Positions 36,330-49,369 of a stretch of DNA of 64,000 bases are shown here, piece after piece. The position numbers were made by a program, and so were the translations under genes. This DNA is from Squalus acanthias. Its lineage: Eukaryota. Below the pieces are notes generated by a model that saw only the letters and a program-made list of their open reading frames with translations, did not search any database and was not told the DNA's origin. The stretch's first letter is position 1. Every line of letters starts with the position of its first letter. The stretch spans positions 93,994,001 through 94,058,000 of the forward strand of contig CM059432.1 in NCBI GenBank assembly GCA_030390025.1. The letters are read 5' to 3'.

Positions 36330-36789
36330 TCAATACAGTTAGATAAACATTGCAATGTTTTATCAGATTACTGATATCAATTCCAGGTAAATATTATACA
36401 AATCAACACGATCACCATACAGCACTTGTGTGTGTACTAATGGTCATACTTTACTACTTCAAAAAATGGAGTGGACTTTGACTTAAAAAAGTGTTATTTA
36501 GTTATTGTTCACTTCATAAATGAATTTCAGTACAAGTTATACCCAGAGAAATGTTCTCCTCCTCGCCCTCTTTTAGATCCCCTACTGATGTCAACCTCAG
36601 TTATATTTTGTCTTCTATCAGGAGGATGGTATCCCCTAAAACATGTGCACCAATGTATGAAGTACTTCTTCTGTTCGAACAAACAGTGGGAATAAATTTT
36701 CCAATGACAACAGATGGGTTGCAATGTCAATCACCACGGGAGATAAAACTTGTGACTTCTGGTTTTAAGATCAATAATTTGAAAAATAT

Positions 36790-37364
36790 GTCCCCCAAAT
36801 TTCTGGGCCCGGGGAGGGCAGTGTTACAGCAGACTATCGGAAGGGCGGGGGGAAAAAATCGCAATTTGGGACAGAGCTTGTATCCACCTCGTTTACTGCC
36901 TCGTCAAAACTCCTGGTAATATGCCGACCAACAAATGGGTGGGTGTGTTATAATATAATGTAAATGAGGAAATTAGGAAAATATGTAATTCAATGTATTT
37001 TCCTCACATACCCTTAGCAATGTTGGACGGCATGGATGCCCGAGAGTCCCTGACATGCAGTGTTACCTGGTCTGCAGAATGGGGAACATTTTTAAATTGA
37101 CCAGTTTCAGCTGTGCAATTGATAATAAGGACTGTGAAAGTTTCACTGCAGAAAAATTCCTTGCCCTTCCTCTCCCACTGACACTACCTCCTCCCCCTTC
37201 CAGTTCAGTTTGGTGTGCTAGTTCCACCAGGAATGGTGTGGGCATTGGTCCTTAACATTTAAATCGCCCTGATCTCCGGATGTCAGACAGGGTTGGGCAC
37301 ATTAGCAGTGGGTGGTCCAAAGTTCCATTCCACGTCAGATAGCCTTCCCACAATTTCAGGGCCC
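36790..37364. mobile_element. Degenerate TIR element
   Basis: GC-richer island with ends gtcccccaaatt / aatttcagggccc similar to the other TIR elements. Confidence 0.4.
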
Positions 37365-38053
37365 AAAGGTGAAGTGCATTTTGTATATTTATTTCTTAAG
37401 TATTATTGCCGTACTAAAAATAAATTAAGAAATAAAACAATTAGCAAATGCAAGAGACAGCAAAATATGCATGAACTGCTAAAATGCAAAGGCAGACATG
37501 CCACTTATTAAATCAGTATCTGGGCAGTATGCGGAGCTGTACAAAAGTAAACTGATTTTTTTACAATGCATCATATTCTGTTCAAAATTTGGCTTCTTAA
37601 AATGCTTTTCCGTTCCGGATAGGGTAGAGGGAGGTAAAAAAGGAGAGAGTACTGTCGAGAATTCAGTTTTAAAATCTAGGCAAACATATCAAGTAAAATG
37701 CGTCTTGTTTTAATCTTGCCAGAAGACATAATAGATCATCTCTATGCTCTTTTACTCACTATTACAATCTCAATATTAGACTTGTGGACAGTCAGGCACT
37801 GAGAAACCATTTTGATAAAAAATGATCCTTTTAGTGAGCTGCTAAATGAGGTCATCTGTATTCTTTCTAAATCTGCAGAAAAATGAAGCCATTTGACAGA
37901 CTAAGTAAGACTGTGGAGAATAGCAATACCTTTAAAACAGACCAACAGATTCCAGAGAATGGAATGTATGCTATTGTCAGTAGTTACTGCAACTATGTTC
38001 AAATTAGAAAAAAAAAAATTCTGAAACATTTTAATTTGTGCTGCCTGTTCATG

Positions 38054-38376
38054 CAATACTGAGGGAGTTCTATACTGTCGGAATCCCATCTTTCGGATAA
38101 GATGTTAAACCGAGGTAAAAATCCCATGGCACTATTCGAAGAAGAGTTCTCCCAGTGTCCTGGCCAATATTTATCCCTCAACCAATCTCACTAAACTCAC
38201 AAACAGATCATCTGGTCATTATTTCATTGCTGTTTGTTGAACCTTGCTGTACGCAAATTGGCTGCCATGTTTCCTACATTACAATAGTGACTATACTTCA
38301 AAAAGTACTTCATTGGCTGTAAAGCGCTTTGGGACATCCTAAGGTTGTGAAAGGTGCTGTATAAATGCAAATTCTT
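38054..38376 (+). mobile_element. SacSINE1-like DeuSINE, 5'-truncated
   Basis: tactgagggag...tttcggataagatgttaaaccgagg...aaaggtgctgtataaatgcaa. Confidence 0.85.
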
Positions 38377-38899
38377 TAAAAAAAAATTAGGGGGAACTCA
38401 ATACATACTTAACTAAAGTGAGGGGTAGGGGCAAACATTTATCCAGATTAGATCAATGAAGGAAAGTAATCAAGAATAGACTGCCAATAAGGATCTACTA
38501 CAAGAACTAATTCTGCTATTAAGTGTGGTTCAAGGCTACTTGAAGAAATACTCCTGGCCTCAGGGCTTCTCCTACTCTGCCACTGTAACTATGGAATTTC
38601 GGCTGAAAGCCTATTTGCATGTGCAAACTGGGCTTCCGCCGAAGTTGCAGCATTGGAATGGAAGAGGCTCCAAGGAAGTTCCCGGTAATAGACTTGGAGA
38701 CAGCCTGAATAAAGTTTCTAAAGTACAAAATAAAGATCCCGCAATGCTCTCAAAATCAGACAAAATACCCAATATTACACATCCCTTATTGTGAACCTCA
38801 TGACTAGATGGATGATCTCCTATAGCATTCCACCTTGAAAGAAAGAGAAAATTGTATCTATTGATAAGTTCTGAAAGCTGCATTTGATGGAACAATTAA

Positions 38900-39475
38900 A
38901 AAAAGCCAGATTTGTCCTGCTCGACCCTAAGCTAGGTTTTCTACTCCTTATCCTTGCCAATTCTTCTATCTCCTGTTTATGCCTCTACTTCATCCTCACC
39001 ACCACCCCAACCCCCCCACCCCACATACACCACACACAACTGCTGAAATCCTAACCTATCAAATGGCTTCTCCACTGTCCTCATTGGTCGCCGTGCCTCC
39101 ACCCTTGACAAAGCAATCCATTGCTCTGCTGCCCACATCTGCTCCCAACATCCCCATCAAATCAGCTTCAAGATCCTCATTTTCAAATGTTTCCATTGCC
39201 CCACTTAATCTATCCGAGCGATTTCCTCCAGCCATACGTCCCTGCCCGCACTGTCCTCTTCTGAGGACTTTATTCACAACCCTTCCACTCCGCCAATGGA
39301 GGGCGATCTTGTAGTCTCTACACCGCAGCTCTCAGGAAGTCTCTCCAAAAAAAACTGCCTTGCTAATTCCCTCCCGGTTAAAAGCCTCTTTAAAAACTCA
39401 TCTCTTTGATGATGCGTTACTCTGTAAACTCCTCCATTTCATACTCCGTGTACAAAGTGCTGTAAGATCTTATCT
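38900..39475 (+). mobile_element. Highly decayed L2 3' region
   Basis: tgctgaaatcctaa, ttcaagatcctcatttt and ttaaaaactcatctctttga resemble the L2 RT end and 3' UTR. Confidence 0.5.
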
Positions 39476-39563
39476 TTTACACAAAGAAGACAAAGTTATT
39501 ACAGTATTAAGTCATGTAGATCTGTTGAAATTAGTGCTTGTTCAACCATTACTAAATATAGGA

Positions 39564-40150
39564 GAAGCACAATTTTAACCTCTTGCGCCCAACGAGAACG
39601 GGGCATGCAAATCGAAGCAGCATCTTACTCACCAGATCCATGTCCACTTTGTGCCGCGTACCATTTCTACCAGTGCATTTTGGCTCATGCTCGAGGACCT
39701 CGCTTCAGGCAAGCGAGGGCCTCATTGAATGCAAAAGCTGGGGTCTGATGAGATTTTAATCGCACAGTTGTGCCTGCGGCAGCCTTGCCAGGAATACCTG
39801 GTGCCACGCAGGAGCAGGGCCAAGAAGCTAAGTAAATGTAATTTAAAATTTTTTTTTATTTTTTTTTATATAAACGTTTCCTCTTGGGCCAGAAGGAGCA
39901 GGACTGTTCCTCCTGGCCGACCCTCTTAACTGATTGCCGGTAGACTGTGTCCCCAGCCGTAGCCTGCTGCCACGCGATTTAGTTCACTCGTCCACCATGC
40001 CATTCCCATTGGCTTCAGGAAGGAGACAGTCCTGGGATATTGTAATGAAGCCTGGGGGTTAAAATGGCCTGGGCCTCACGCGAACACCTTATCGCTCGCA
40101 CCTGTATCCCTATCCCACACAGCACTCACACCCGGAGTTAAAATCGGGGC
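39564..40150 (+). mobile_element. TIR element of the GATTTTAAC family
   Basis: caattttaacc ... gttaaaatcggggc; internal T-tract plus hairpin at 39886-39918. Confidence 0.6.
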
Positions 40151-40654
40151 TGAGGTCTCTCACTACAAGGCTTTATAAGGGTGCCACTATTACTAATGCG
40201 GTTCTGAAAGGGGCTCCAGTCCAGGACTCAGGCCCGTACCCCCAGGCAGACTCTGTATGATGCGTTCAACCTGCAGTCTAAAGCACTGCACGGGAGAGAG
40301 ACCCAGCCATGAGAATTGCCTCCCTTTGACTTAACCCTTTTATGCCAGGGGTCATGATTGGGGGTGGGCAGAAGTTCCACCTGCTCCAGGTCCCTGTGCG
40401 AAGAGAGACTTAGTAGTACTCTAAGCAAAGACCCAATGTTCCTGGGTTCCATCATCTTCAGGGCTCCTGTATCCTGGGAACAAGAACTTTTGGCCCCAGT
40501 CTCTTGAATTAATCAGGCCACCAACCCACGCCCCCCCCCCCCCCCCCCCCCGCCCACCTTCATAATTTTTCCCTTCTAGCTGGAAATATTTAGTTCCCAG
40601 TCTCATCCCTAATGGAGCCAAGTTTCTGTAAATAAAAAAGAAAAAAAAAGAAAA

Positions 40655-41012
40655 AACTTACATTTATATAGCGCCTTTCACAACCTCAGGACGTTCCAAA
40701 GTACTCTACAGCCAATGAAGCACTTTTGAAGTGTAGTCACTGTTGCAATGCAAGAAATGCAGCAGCCAATTTGCAGACAGGAAGCTCCCACAAACAGCAA
40801 TGTGATAATGACCAGATAATCAGATTTTGTTATGTTGATTGAGGGATAAATATTGGCCAGGGGACCAGGGATAACTCCCCTGCTCTTCTCCAAAATAGCT
40901 CCATAGGATCTTCTACATCCACTTGAGAGCAGACGGGGCCTCGGTTTAATGGCTCATCCGAAAGATGGCACCTCCAACAGTGCAGCACTCCCTCAGCACT
41001 ACACTGGAGTTC
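40655..41012 (-). mobile_element. SacSINE1-like DeuSINE, headless
   Basis: Reverse complement matches 38054-38376 and 53030-53336. Confidence 0.85.
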
Positions 41013-41019
41013 TGCCAAC

Positions 41020-41670
41020 ATATTATGTTCTGCCATTCTAATTAATGCCTCTACTTCCCCAACTTCATTTGAAATGCTTTGTATATTTGCATACAAGAAC
41101 AACCTTGACACACATTCATACTTCTCAGTACCTTTTTCCTTTCCTTCATATTGTCTTAGCAGTTATATCTGCTCTTAGGAACTCCATATTCACCCCTCCA
41201 TTGATTTTACTATTTTAGACTGTTTTTCACATTCACTGTAATTATTCTCAGCCCTCCCCCATATGCTTAAGATGTATCCTCCACCTGTCTGACTCGTTTA
41301 AATTCTCCCACTGTTCCTTTTACCCTCTCCGAGAGATTATTGATCCCAGTTCAGTTTAGGGGAAGCCAATGCTGCCTGTGGAGCTGCATTTGTCCTAGAA
41401 CTCACCCCAGTGCACCAGAAATCTGAAACCCTCTCTTCTGTACCATCTATCAAGCCATATGTTGATATGTCTAATCTACTTCTCCCCAACTGACCTAATG
41501 CATGGCAGTGATCCTGAGATTGCTATCCTGGATGTCCTGCATTTCAATCCAAATCCCAACTCCTCAAACTCCCTCTGCAAGACCTCTGTTCTTCCCTAGA
41601 TTACTGGTCCCGATGTCAGCCACAACTACAGGCTGCTCACCAGCCTTGCCAGTCCCTTATGCTGGCACCT
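41020..41670 (-). mobile_element. Old CR1 fragment: ORF1 (SGNH esterase-like) end and ORF2 start
   Basis: Minus translation RTSRIAISGSLP...INIWLDRWYRREGFRFLVHWGEF, then LFLYANIQSISNEVGEVEALI. Confidence 0.7.
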
Positions 41671-42579
41671 GGGAGGCAACAAATTATTTGGGACATAATC
41701 GCAGCTGCAAATAAGGCAATCTGTACCACTTGCCTTTTCTCAACATTGTCACCTCTTCCCTTCGGGTAATCATAGTGCTATGCGAGTATAATATATCAGA
41801 CAGTATGGACACAGTCCCGTGGACTTCAGTGGGCCATGGCATAATCGAAGATACATGGAGGGTAAGCAAATGAGCAAGAAAATACATAATTTACTGTATT
41901 TTCAAAGAAAATTTATAGTTAACTAGCCTAACTATTTCAAATTCACATTTCTTTGGAATTATAGCCCAGCTGAACTGTAATGGTTTTTGTCTAGATGGTC
42001 TCACAGGGTTCTGCAGAAACTAGAAATTATTTTCTTAAAGAAAAGTAAGTAAATGGCAATGCTTAGGTGCAGAACTTCCTCTGGAAATTTCAAAAAGCCA
42101 TTTATTTTTCATTATACTATAAAACAAAAACATCTGTCAGGTCATTTGATATATTCTACTTTAAAACCATTATATTGCATATTTCTTCAATAATGAAACT
42201 CTAAAATAAAATTTAAATTATCTACCATTGTTTCTATTCTAATCAAAACCTTCAGAGATATGCATGTTTAGTAGTTATTTGGACAGAAACTATTTATATC
42301 TCCATTTTATGAAATTAAAAATAATCAATTGTGATTCACCTTCAATTTCTGCAAGTCACGTCTGAAAACGGTCCTAAAAATGCAGAATCAATGGTCATCT
42401 GGAATCAGGCTCATTGTGAAGCAAAGTATTGAACACCAGCTGGCGGAATATGCTTTTTTGGTGCGGGGGGTGGTGAAGGGAAGAAAGTTTAAGAGTTACA
42501 AATGTAATTCATGCCTGGGTCTTCTCTTCCTCAAAAGTGGATGAAAACTATAACTGCAGGTTGGAAGTCTGTTTCCTTT

Positions 42580-42975
42580 TGCTTCTCTTTTTCTGACCCA
42601 ATTTCATCCCCCCGCCCTTCTCACACTGAAGACGTCAACTCATCACAGGGGTATAGTTCTGTGACTGTCACTAACCCTCCAGTTGCTTATGCAACTGGTC
42701 TTTATTCATGCATGAACCTAGATAGCAAACATTGATAGCATTACAGGCATAGGAAGCATCACAGCAAAGCTTGATCCTGTTCTCACCTGATAGTCACACA
42801 TATCTACATTCAGAAGGAGAGACCGTATAGCAATCAGGGGCAGAAATGCTGTCTGATTTTGCTTTCTCTTAAGCTGAATGGACTCAGGCCATTTGGAGCA
42901 CCCCAAACATGAACCTGGCTAAATTTAATTTTGTACAGGCCAGAATCAAACCTGGGACCTTCTTGCCTGTAGGGT
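42580..42975 (-). mobile_element. Old tRNA-SINE (AmnSINE2-like)
   Basis: ttgatcctgttctcacctga, tagcaatcagggg and aaacctgggaccttcttg blocks. Confidence 0.5.
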
Positions 42976-43545
42976 GGGGGAATAGGTGATGCAAGTACCC
43001 TTGAAGGTCAGGTTGTTAGGCTGTTTCTTGCCAGAGATAGTCGTTACCTGGCACTTATGAGGCACAATTGTCATGTGCCACTTGTCAGCCCAAGCCTGGA
43101 TGCTGTCCAGTTTACTGATGAAATCATAAGCAAACAGCTCCACTTCTGATCGAGTGATGGAGCGAAGGTCATTGATGAAGCATCTGAAGTGGTTTAGGCC
43201 AAGGGCACTGCCTTAAGGAACTCCTACAGCAATGTCCTGTGGCATGTTTGGCCTTGGATAAACAGCTTCCTGTGTGGCAATCATGACTCCTTTTCTTTTT
43301 GATCCCGATTGAACTCAGTTTTACTAGGGCTCCTTAGTGTCATACATGGTCAAATGATGTCTTGATGCCAATGGCAGCTACTCTCACCTCTCCTCTGACA
43401 TTCAGCTCATGTTCATATCGAGACCAGAGCTGTGAGGAGGTCTGGAGTCAAGTCGTTCCGGTGGAACCTGAAGTGAGCATGTTATTAGCAAGAAGGTGCC
43501 ACTTGATGGCACATTTGGTGAATCCTTCTACCTCTTTGCTGATGA
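42976..43545 (-). mobile_element. Older RT fragment of the Zenon-like LINE
   Basis: ORF 42946..43143 IQAWADKWHMTIVPHKCQV; similar to 44560-45170. Confidence 0.75.
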
Positions 43546-45965
43546 TATACACAAATATTACATTATATTTTTTGCTTTTCATATCTCGAGTACTTTAGTA
43601 GTCTGAAATCCCTTGAACTGGATAATCCATTGTGAAATTAGGATTCTAAGCTTCAATGACTTGTGCTTTGGACAAAAACATATTGCACTTTCAATAAGGC
43701 AGTCTAATTGAACATTGTAATAACACAATCTAGTTATGTTAAAACATTAATGGGTAATTATTAGAAGCCTGCTGAAAATGAAATGCCTAAAATTATGTTT
43801 TTTTACGCCACTGATTTTAATACATTACATCAGGGCCAACTTCTTTTTGTCTAACCAGCACCAAGCTTTTTTTCTATTATTCGTTCCTGGGATATGGGCG
43901 TCGCTGGCAAGGACAGCATTTATTGCCCATCCCTAATTACCCTCGAGAAGGTGGTGGTGAGCCGTCTTGTTAAACCGCTGCAGTCCTTGGTGGTGAAGGT
44001 ACTCCCACAGTGCTGTTAGGGAGGGAGTTCCAAGATTTTGACCCAGCGACGATGAAGGAACAGCGATATATTTCCAAGTCTGGATGGTGTGTAACTTGGA
44101 GGTGATGGTGTTCCCATGCGCCTGCTGCCCTTGTCCGTCTAGATGGTTGAAGTCGAGGGTTTGGGAGGTGCTGCCGAAGAAGCCTTGGTGAGTTGCTGCA
44201 GTGCATCTTGTAGATGATTCACTCCCTGCCCCGTGGCTGCATTATGTTTAAGATGGTGGATGGGGTGCCAATCAAGTGGGCTGCTTTGTCCTGGATGGTG
44301 TCGAGCTTCCTGAGTGTTGTTGGAGCTGCACTCATCCAGGCAAGTGGAGAGTATTCCATCACACTCCTTACTTGTGCCCTGTAGATGATAGAAAGGCTTT
44401 GGGGAGTCAGGAGGCGAGACACTCGCCGCAGAATACCCAGCCTCTGACCTACTCTTATAACAGTATTTGTGTGGCTGGTCCAGTTAAGTTTCTGGTCAAT
44501 GGTGACCCTCAGGATGTTGGAGGGGGATTCGGCAATGGTAATACTGCTAAATGTCAAGGGGCGATGGTTAGACTCTCGCTTGTTGGGGATAGTCATTGCC
44601 TGGCAATTTTGTGGCGCGAATGTTACTTGCCACTTATCAGCCCAAGCCTGAATGTCATCCAGGTCTTGCTGCATTTGGGCATGAACTGCTTCATTATCTG
44701 AGGAGTTGCGAATGGAACTGAACACTGTGCAACCATCAGCGAACATCCCCACTTCTGACCGTATGACGGAGGGGAGATCATTGGTGAAGCAGCTGAAGAT
44801 GGTTGGGCCGAGGACACTCCTGAGGAACTCCTGCAGCGATGTCCTGGGGCTGAGATGATTGACCTCCAAAAACTACAACCATCTTCCTTTGTGCTAGGTA
44901 TGACTCCAGCCAGTAGAGAGTTTCCCCCGATTCCCATTGACTTCAATTTTACTAGGGCTCCTTGATGCCACACGTGGCCAAATGCTGCCTTGATGTCAAG
45001 GGCAGTCACTCTCACCTCACCTCTGGAATTCAGCTCTTTCGTCCATGTTTGGACTAAGGCTGTAATGAGGTCTGGAGCCAAGTGGTCCTGGCGGAACCCA
45101 AACTGAGCAGGTTATTGGTGAGTAAGTGCTGCTTGATAACACTGTCGACGACATCGTCCATCACTTTGCTGATGATTGAGAGTAGGCTGATGGGGCGGTA
45201 ATTGGCCGGATTGGATTTGTCCTGCTTTTTGTGGACAGGACAAACTTGGGCAGTTTTCCACATTGTCGGGTAGATGCCAGTGTTGCATTCCACCACAATC
45301 TGTACAGCTACAATTCTGTTGCTGCTGATGGCCTACCGCGCCTCATGGATGCCCAGTTTTGAGCTGCTAGATCTGTTCTAAATCTATCCCATTTAGCACG
45401 GTGGTAGTGCCACACAACACGATGGAGGGTGTCCTCAGTGTGAAGACGGGACTCAGTCTCCACAAGGACTGTGCGGTGGTCACTTTTATCAATGCTGTTA
45501 TGGACAGATGCATCTGCGACAGGTAGATTGGTGAGGACGAGGTCAAGTAGGTTTTTCCCTCATGTTGGTTCTCTCACCACTTGCCACAGGCCCAGACTGG
45601 CAGCTATGTCCTTCAGGACTCGGCCAGCTCAGTCAGTAGTGGTGCTACCGAGCCACTCTTGGTGATGGACATTGAAGTTCCCCACCGAGAGTACATTCTG
45701 TGCCCTCGCTACCCTCAGCGCTTCTTCCAAGTGGTGTTCAACATGGAGGAGTACTGATTCATCAGCTGAGGGAGGGCAGTAGGTGGTAATCAGCAGCAGG
45801 TTTCCTTGCCCATGTTTGACCTGAACCCATGAGACGTCATGGGGTCCAGAGTCAATGTTGATGACTCCCAGGGCCACTTCTTTCCAAGTGTATACCACTG
45901 TGCCTCCACCTCTGGTGGGTCTGTCCTGCCGGTGGCACAGGACGTACCCAGGGATGGTGATGGAG

Positions 45966-46138
45966 CTCTCCCTGCCTCTACACTTGCTTAAAAACCTATT
46001 ACATCTCCAACTTTTTCCAGTTCTGATGAAGGGTCATCAACCTGAAATGCTAACTCTATTTCTCTCTCTACAGATGCTGCCTGACCTGCTCAGTGTTTTT
46101 ATTTCAGATTTCCAGCATCCACAGTATTTTGCTTTTGT
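45966..46138 (+). mobile_element. Solo Penelope pLTR fragment with hammerhead motif (46019-46055) and 12-bp TSD
   Basis: atggtgatggag at 45954-45965 and 46139-46150; insert homologous to 33725-33911. Confidence 0.9.
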
Positions 46139-46177
46139 ATGGTGATGGAGGAATCTGGGACACTGGCTGAAAGGTAT

Positions 46178-47257
46178 AAGAACATAAGAAACAGGAGCAG
46201 GATTAGGCCATTCAACGAGATCATGGCTGATCTTCTACCTCAGCTCCACCTTCCTGCCCGATCCCCATATCCCTTGATCCCTTAATATCCAAAAATCTAT
46301 CGATCACTGTCTTGAATATACTCAACATACTGAACCTCCACAGCCATCTGGGTAGAGAATTCCATAGATTCACCACCCTATGAGTGAAGAAATTTCTCCT
46401 CATCTCAGTCCTAAATGGCCGACCCCTTATGCTGAGACTATGACCCCTGGTTCTAGACTCCCCAGCCAGGGGAAACATCCTCCCTGCATCTACCCTGTCA
46501 AGTCCTGTAAGAAGTTTGTATGTTTCAATGAGATCACCTCTCATTCTTCTAAACTCCAGAGAATATAGGCCTAGTCTACTCAATCTCTCCTTATAGGACA
46601 ATCCCCCCCATCCCAGGAATCAGTCTGGTGAACCTTCGTTGCACTCCCTCTATGGTAAGTATATCCTTCCTTAGGTAAGGAGACGAAAACTGTACACAAT
46701 ACTCCAGGTGTGGTCTCACCAGGGCCCTATGTATTTGCAGTAAGAGATATTTACTCTTATACTCAAATCCTCTTGTAATAAAGGCTAACATACCATTTGT
46801 TTTCTTAATTGCTTGCTGTAACTGCATGTTAAATTTCAGTGATTCGTGTACAAGGACACCCAGGTCCCTCTGAACACCAACACTTCCCAATCTCTCACCA
46901 TTTAAAAAAAATACACTGCTTTTATATTTTTCCTACCAAAATGAATAACTTCACATTATATTCCATTTGCCATGTTCTTGCCCACTCACTTAGCCTGTCT
47001 ATATCCCCTTGAAGCTGCTTTGCATCCTTCTCACAACTTACATTCCCACCTAGCTTTGTATCATCAGCAAACTTGGATATATTACATTGGTCCCCTCATC
47101 CAAATCATCGATATAGATTGTGAATAGCTGAGGCCCAAGCACTGATCCTTGCGGTACCCCACTAGTTCCAGCCTGCCATCCCAAAAATGACCCACTTATT
47201 CCCACTCTTCTGTTTTCTGTCCATCAACCATTGCAATTCTATGAATTCGTCCTCCAA
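46178..47257 (-). mobile_element. CR1 LINE, 5'-truncated
   Basis: ORFs 46591..46890 and 46221..46601; ttcttatgttcttat tail. Confidence 0.95.
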
Positions 47258-48516
47258 TGATTCTGTGAGTACGACGGTCAGGCTGTTGCTTGACTAGTCT
47301 GTGGGACAGCTCTCCCAATTTTGGCACAAGTCCCCAGATGTTAGTGGACTTTGCAGGGTCGACTGGGCTGGGTGTGCTGTTGTCGTGTCCGTAGCCGGTG
47401 CCGCGGTCGATTCCAGGTGGTCCGTCCGGTTTTATTCTGATCATTGCTTTTCGTAGTGGTTGTGTACAACTGAGTGGCTTGCTCAGCCATTTCAGAGGGC
47501 AGTTAAGAGTCAACCACATTGCTGTGGGTCTGGAGTCACATATAGGCCAGACCAGGTAAGGATAGCAGATTTCCTTCCCTAAAGGACATTAGTGAACCAG
47601 ATGGGTTTTTACGACAATCCGATAGTTTCATGGTTACCATTACTGATACTAGCTTTTTATTCCAGATTTATTTAATTAACTGAATTTAAATTCCACAGCT
47701 GAACTAGTCCAGTAACATAACCACTGTGCTACCCTTCCCTAGCTTGGATAGTAGTAATTTTATTCAATAGATTGGGGTTGTCACGGATTGCCCAGTATCA
47801 ATTTAATCAACCAGGAGGAACAATTCCATAGGATGAGTTGCTTTCCAGCTCACTGCTATAAATTGGCTTCATACAGTAGTTTGGTTTAAAAAGGAGCAAG
47901 AATACATGCAACTAAATTGTGAAAGCTAGAAGGCACGTGTAATTGCGTCCTAAACTCATGAGCTGGTTGGGAGTCCAGCACTCAGACACCTTGAGCTGAA
48001 AGGCAGATAGAAATACAACAGCTCAAGTCAAATGTACATGCTTCATTTCTTCGAAAATTAAATTCGGCAAACGTTTTGTAGTGGAGAAATAATCACATTA
48101 CCTATGTCCTTTAAGGCTGCAAGGGCAGAAGGAAATCTAAACACTACAGAGTTAATAATATTAGCAAATAAAACCAAAAGTAAAGCAACTAATAAATTGG
48201 GAGCAGCAGACTGCCTTATATATTCAATTTACATTAAGAATATGACATCTCCTGGGCATGAAAGACATGACTTGATTAGAAATATCCATGTGGGTGAAAT
48301 ACTGAGCAGCATTTGACTGAACAAAAGCAACAACTTCCTTTTTAAGAAATTAATTCTCTAAAATCTATACATTATTAATGCCACAGGACACAGTTTGACC
48401 AATGTTTTATTAAGGGACTGCCATTGTTTATACTCATAGCTACAAATTAATACAAAGCTGAATCACTTCAATTCAACTTTTGCAAAATCATTAGAATTCG
48501 ACTTCCACTGAACATG

Positions 48517-49369
48517 GCAGGGCAATATCCATCTCGCTATCACCCCGTTTTTCAGCGTGAATGTGGCAGTAGTGAGATGTAGGGATCATTTAGGACTGAG
48601 ATGAGGAGAAATCTCTTCACTCCGAGGGTTGTGAATCTTTAGAATTCTCTCCCCCAGAGAGCTGTGAATGCTCAGTCGATGAGTATATTCAAAACTGAGA
48701 CCGACAGACTTTTGGGCACTAAGGGAATCAAGGAATATGGGGATAGTGTGGGCAGGTGAAGTTGATGTACAAGATCAGCCATGATCTTATTGAATGGCAG
48801 AGCAGGCTCAAGGGGCCATATGGCCTACTCCTGCTTCTATTTCTTACGTTCTTATGTAAACATTAAAAATAAACTTACCACCAACTTCCTGTCCGAGGCT
48901 CACCCAATCTGATTTTCAAATGGGCCTCGATTTAGGTTCCAGCACTCCCATCGGATACAGATAGGAGCCTCACTGTTCCATGCATATAGGACCCCAATGC
49001 TGTTTTTGTTGCCGCCAGCAAGGCAGCCACTCAGTGGTAAACCCACCCACATGGGCAGTACAGGGCGGCAAATGGCCAAAGTCCATACCCCTTAAATTAT
49101 GCCATTGTCCCCACTCTTTCCCCGCCCCCAAATCTGTCCGGCCCTCCCCTTTACGGTACTGCTGCAGGTCCATGCTCAGTGGCTACCCTGCCAGATTTCC
49201 CACCCACCCAAAACAGCGAGCTATCTGACAGCACTCAAATCACATGGGCAGGTCACCAACTACAGTTAAATGAATCCTGACCATCAAAATAGTTTGGGCC
49301 TCTCACCAACAACATTGGGTGTGGCCGTTGCAATCACTCCACACAATGCCGAAGTCCAAAATCAGGGCC
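48517..49369. mobile_element. Degenerate TIR element hosting a CR1 3' fragment
   Basis: GC-richer island ending aaaatcagggcc like other family members. Confidence 0.4.
48582..48856 (+). mobile_element. CR1 3' end fragment
   Basis: gagatgaggagaaatctcttcac...gatcagccatgatcttattgaatgg...ttcttacgttcttatg. Confidence 0.9.

Larger units (their letters stand above)
43867..47739 (-). mobile_element. Second copy of the tRNA-headed Zenon-like LINE, with two nested insertions
   Basis: Head at 47739; ORF 47196..47519 ...TNIWGLVPKLGELSHRLVKQQPD; ORFs 45629..45898, 45054..45296, 44623..45081, 44219..44869 (MFADG; MEYSPLAWMSAAPTTL); same 3' tail as 33560-33639. Confidence 0.9.

Noticed and set aside
38611..38833. 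Minus-strand ORF after a good acceptor (WNAIGDHPSS...CCNFGGSPVCTCK) as a terminal exon
   Set aside because: No recognisable homology or linkable upstream exon; part resembles decayed repeat sequence.
48102..48138. Short minus-strand exon candidate (FPSALAALKDI), plus similar candidates near 23562-23587, 42340-42373, 53390-53625 and 59009-59077
   Set aside because: Plausible splice sites, but they do not chain into a recognisable protein; such matches are expected by chance in 64 kb.
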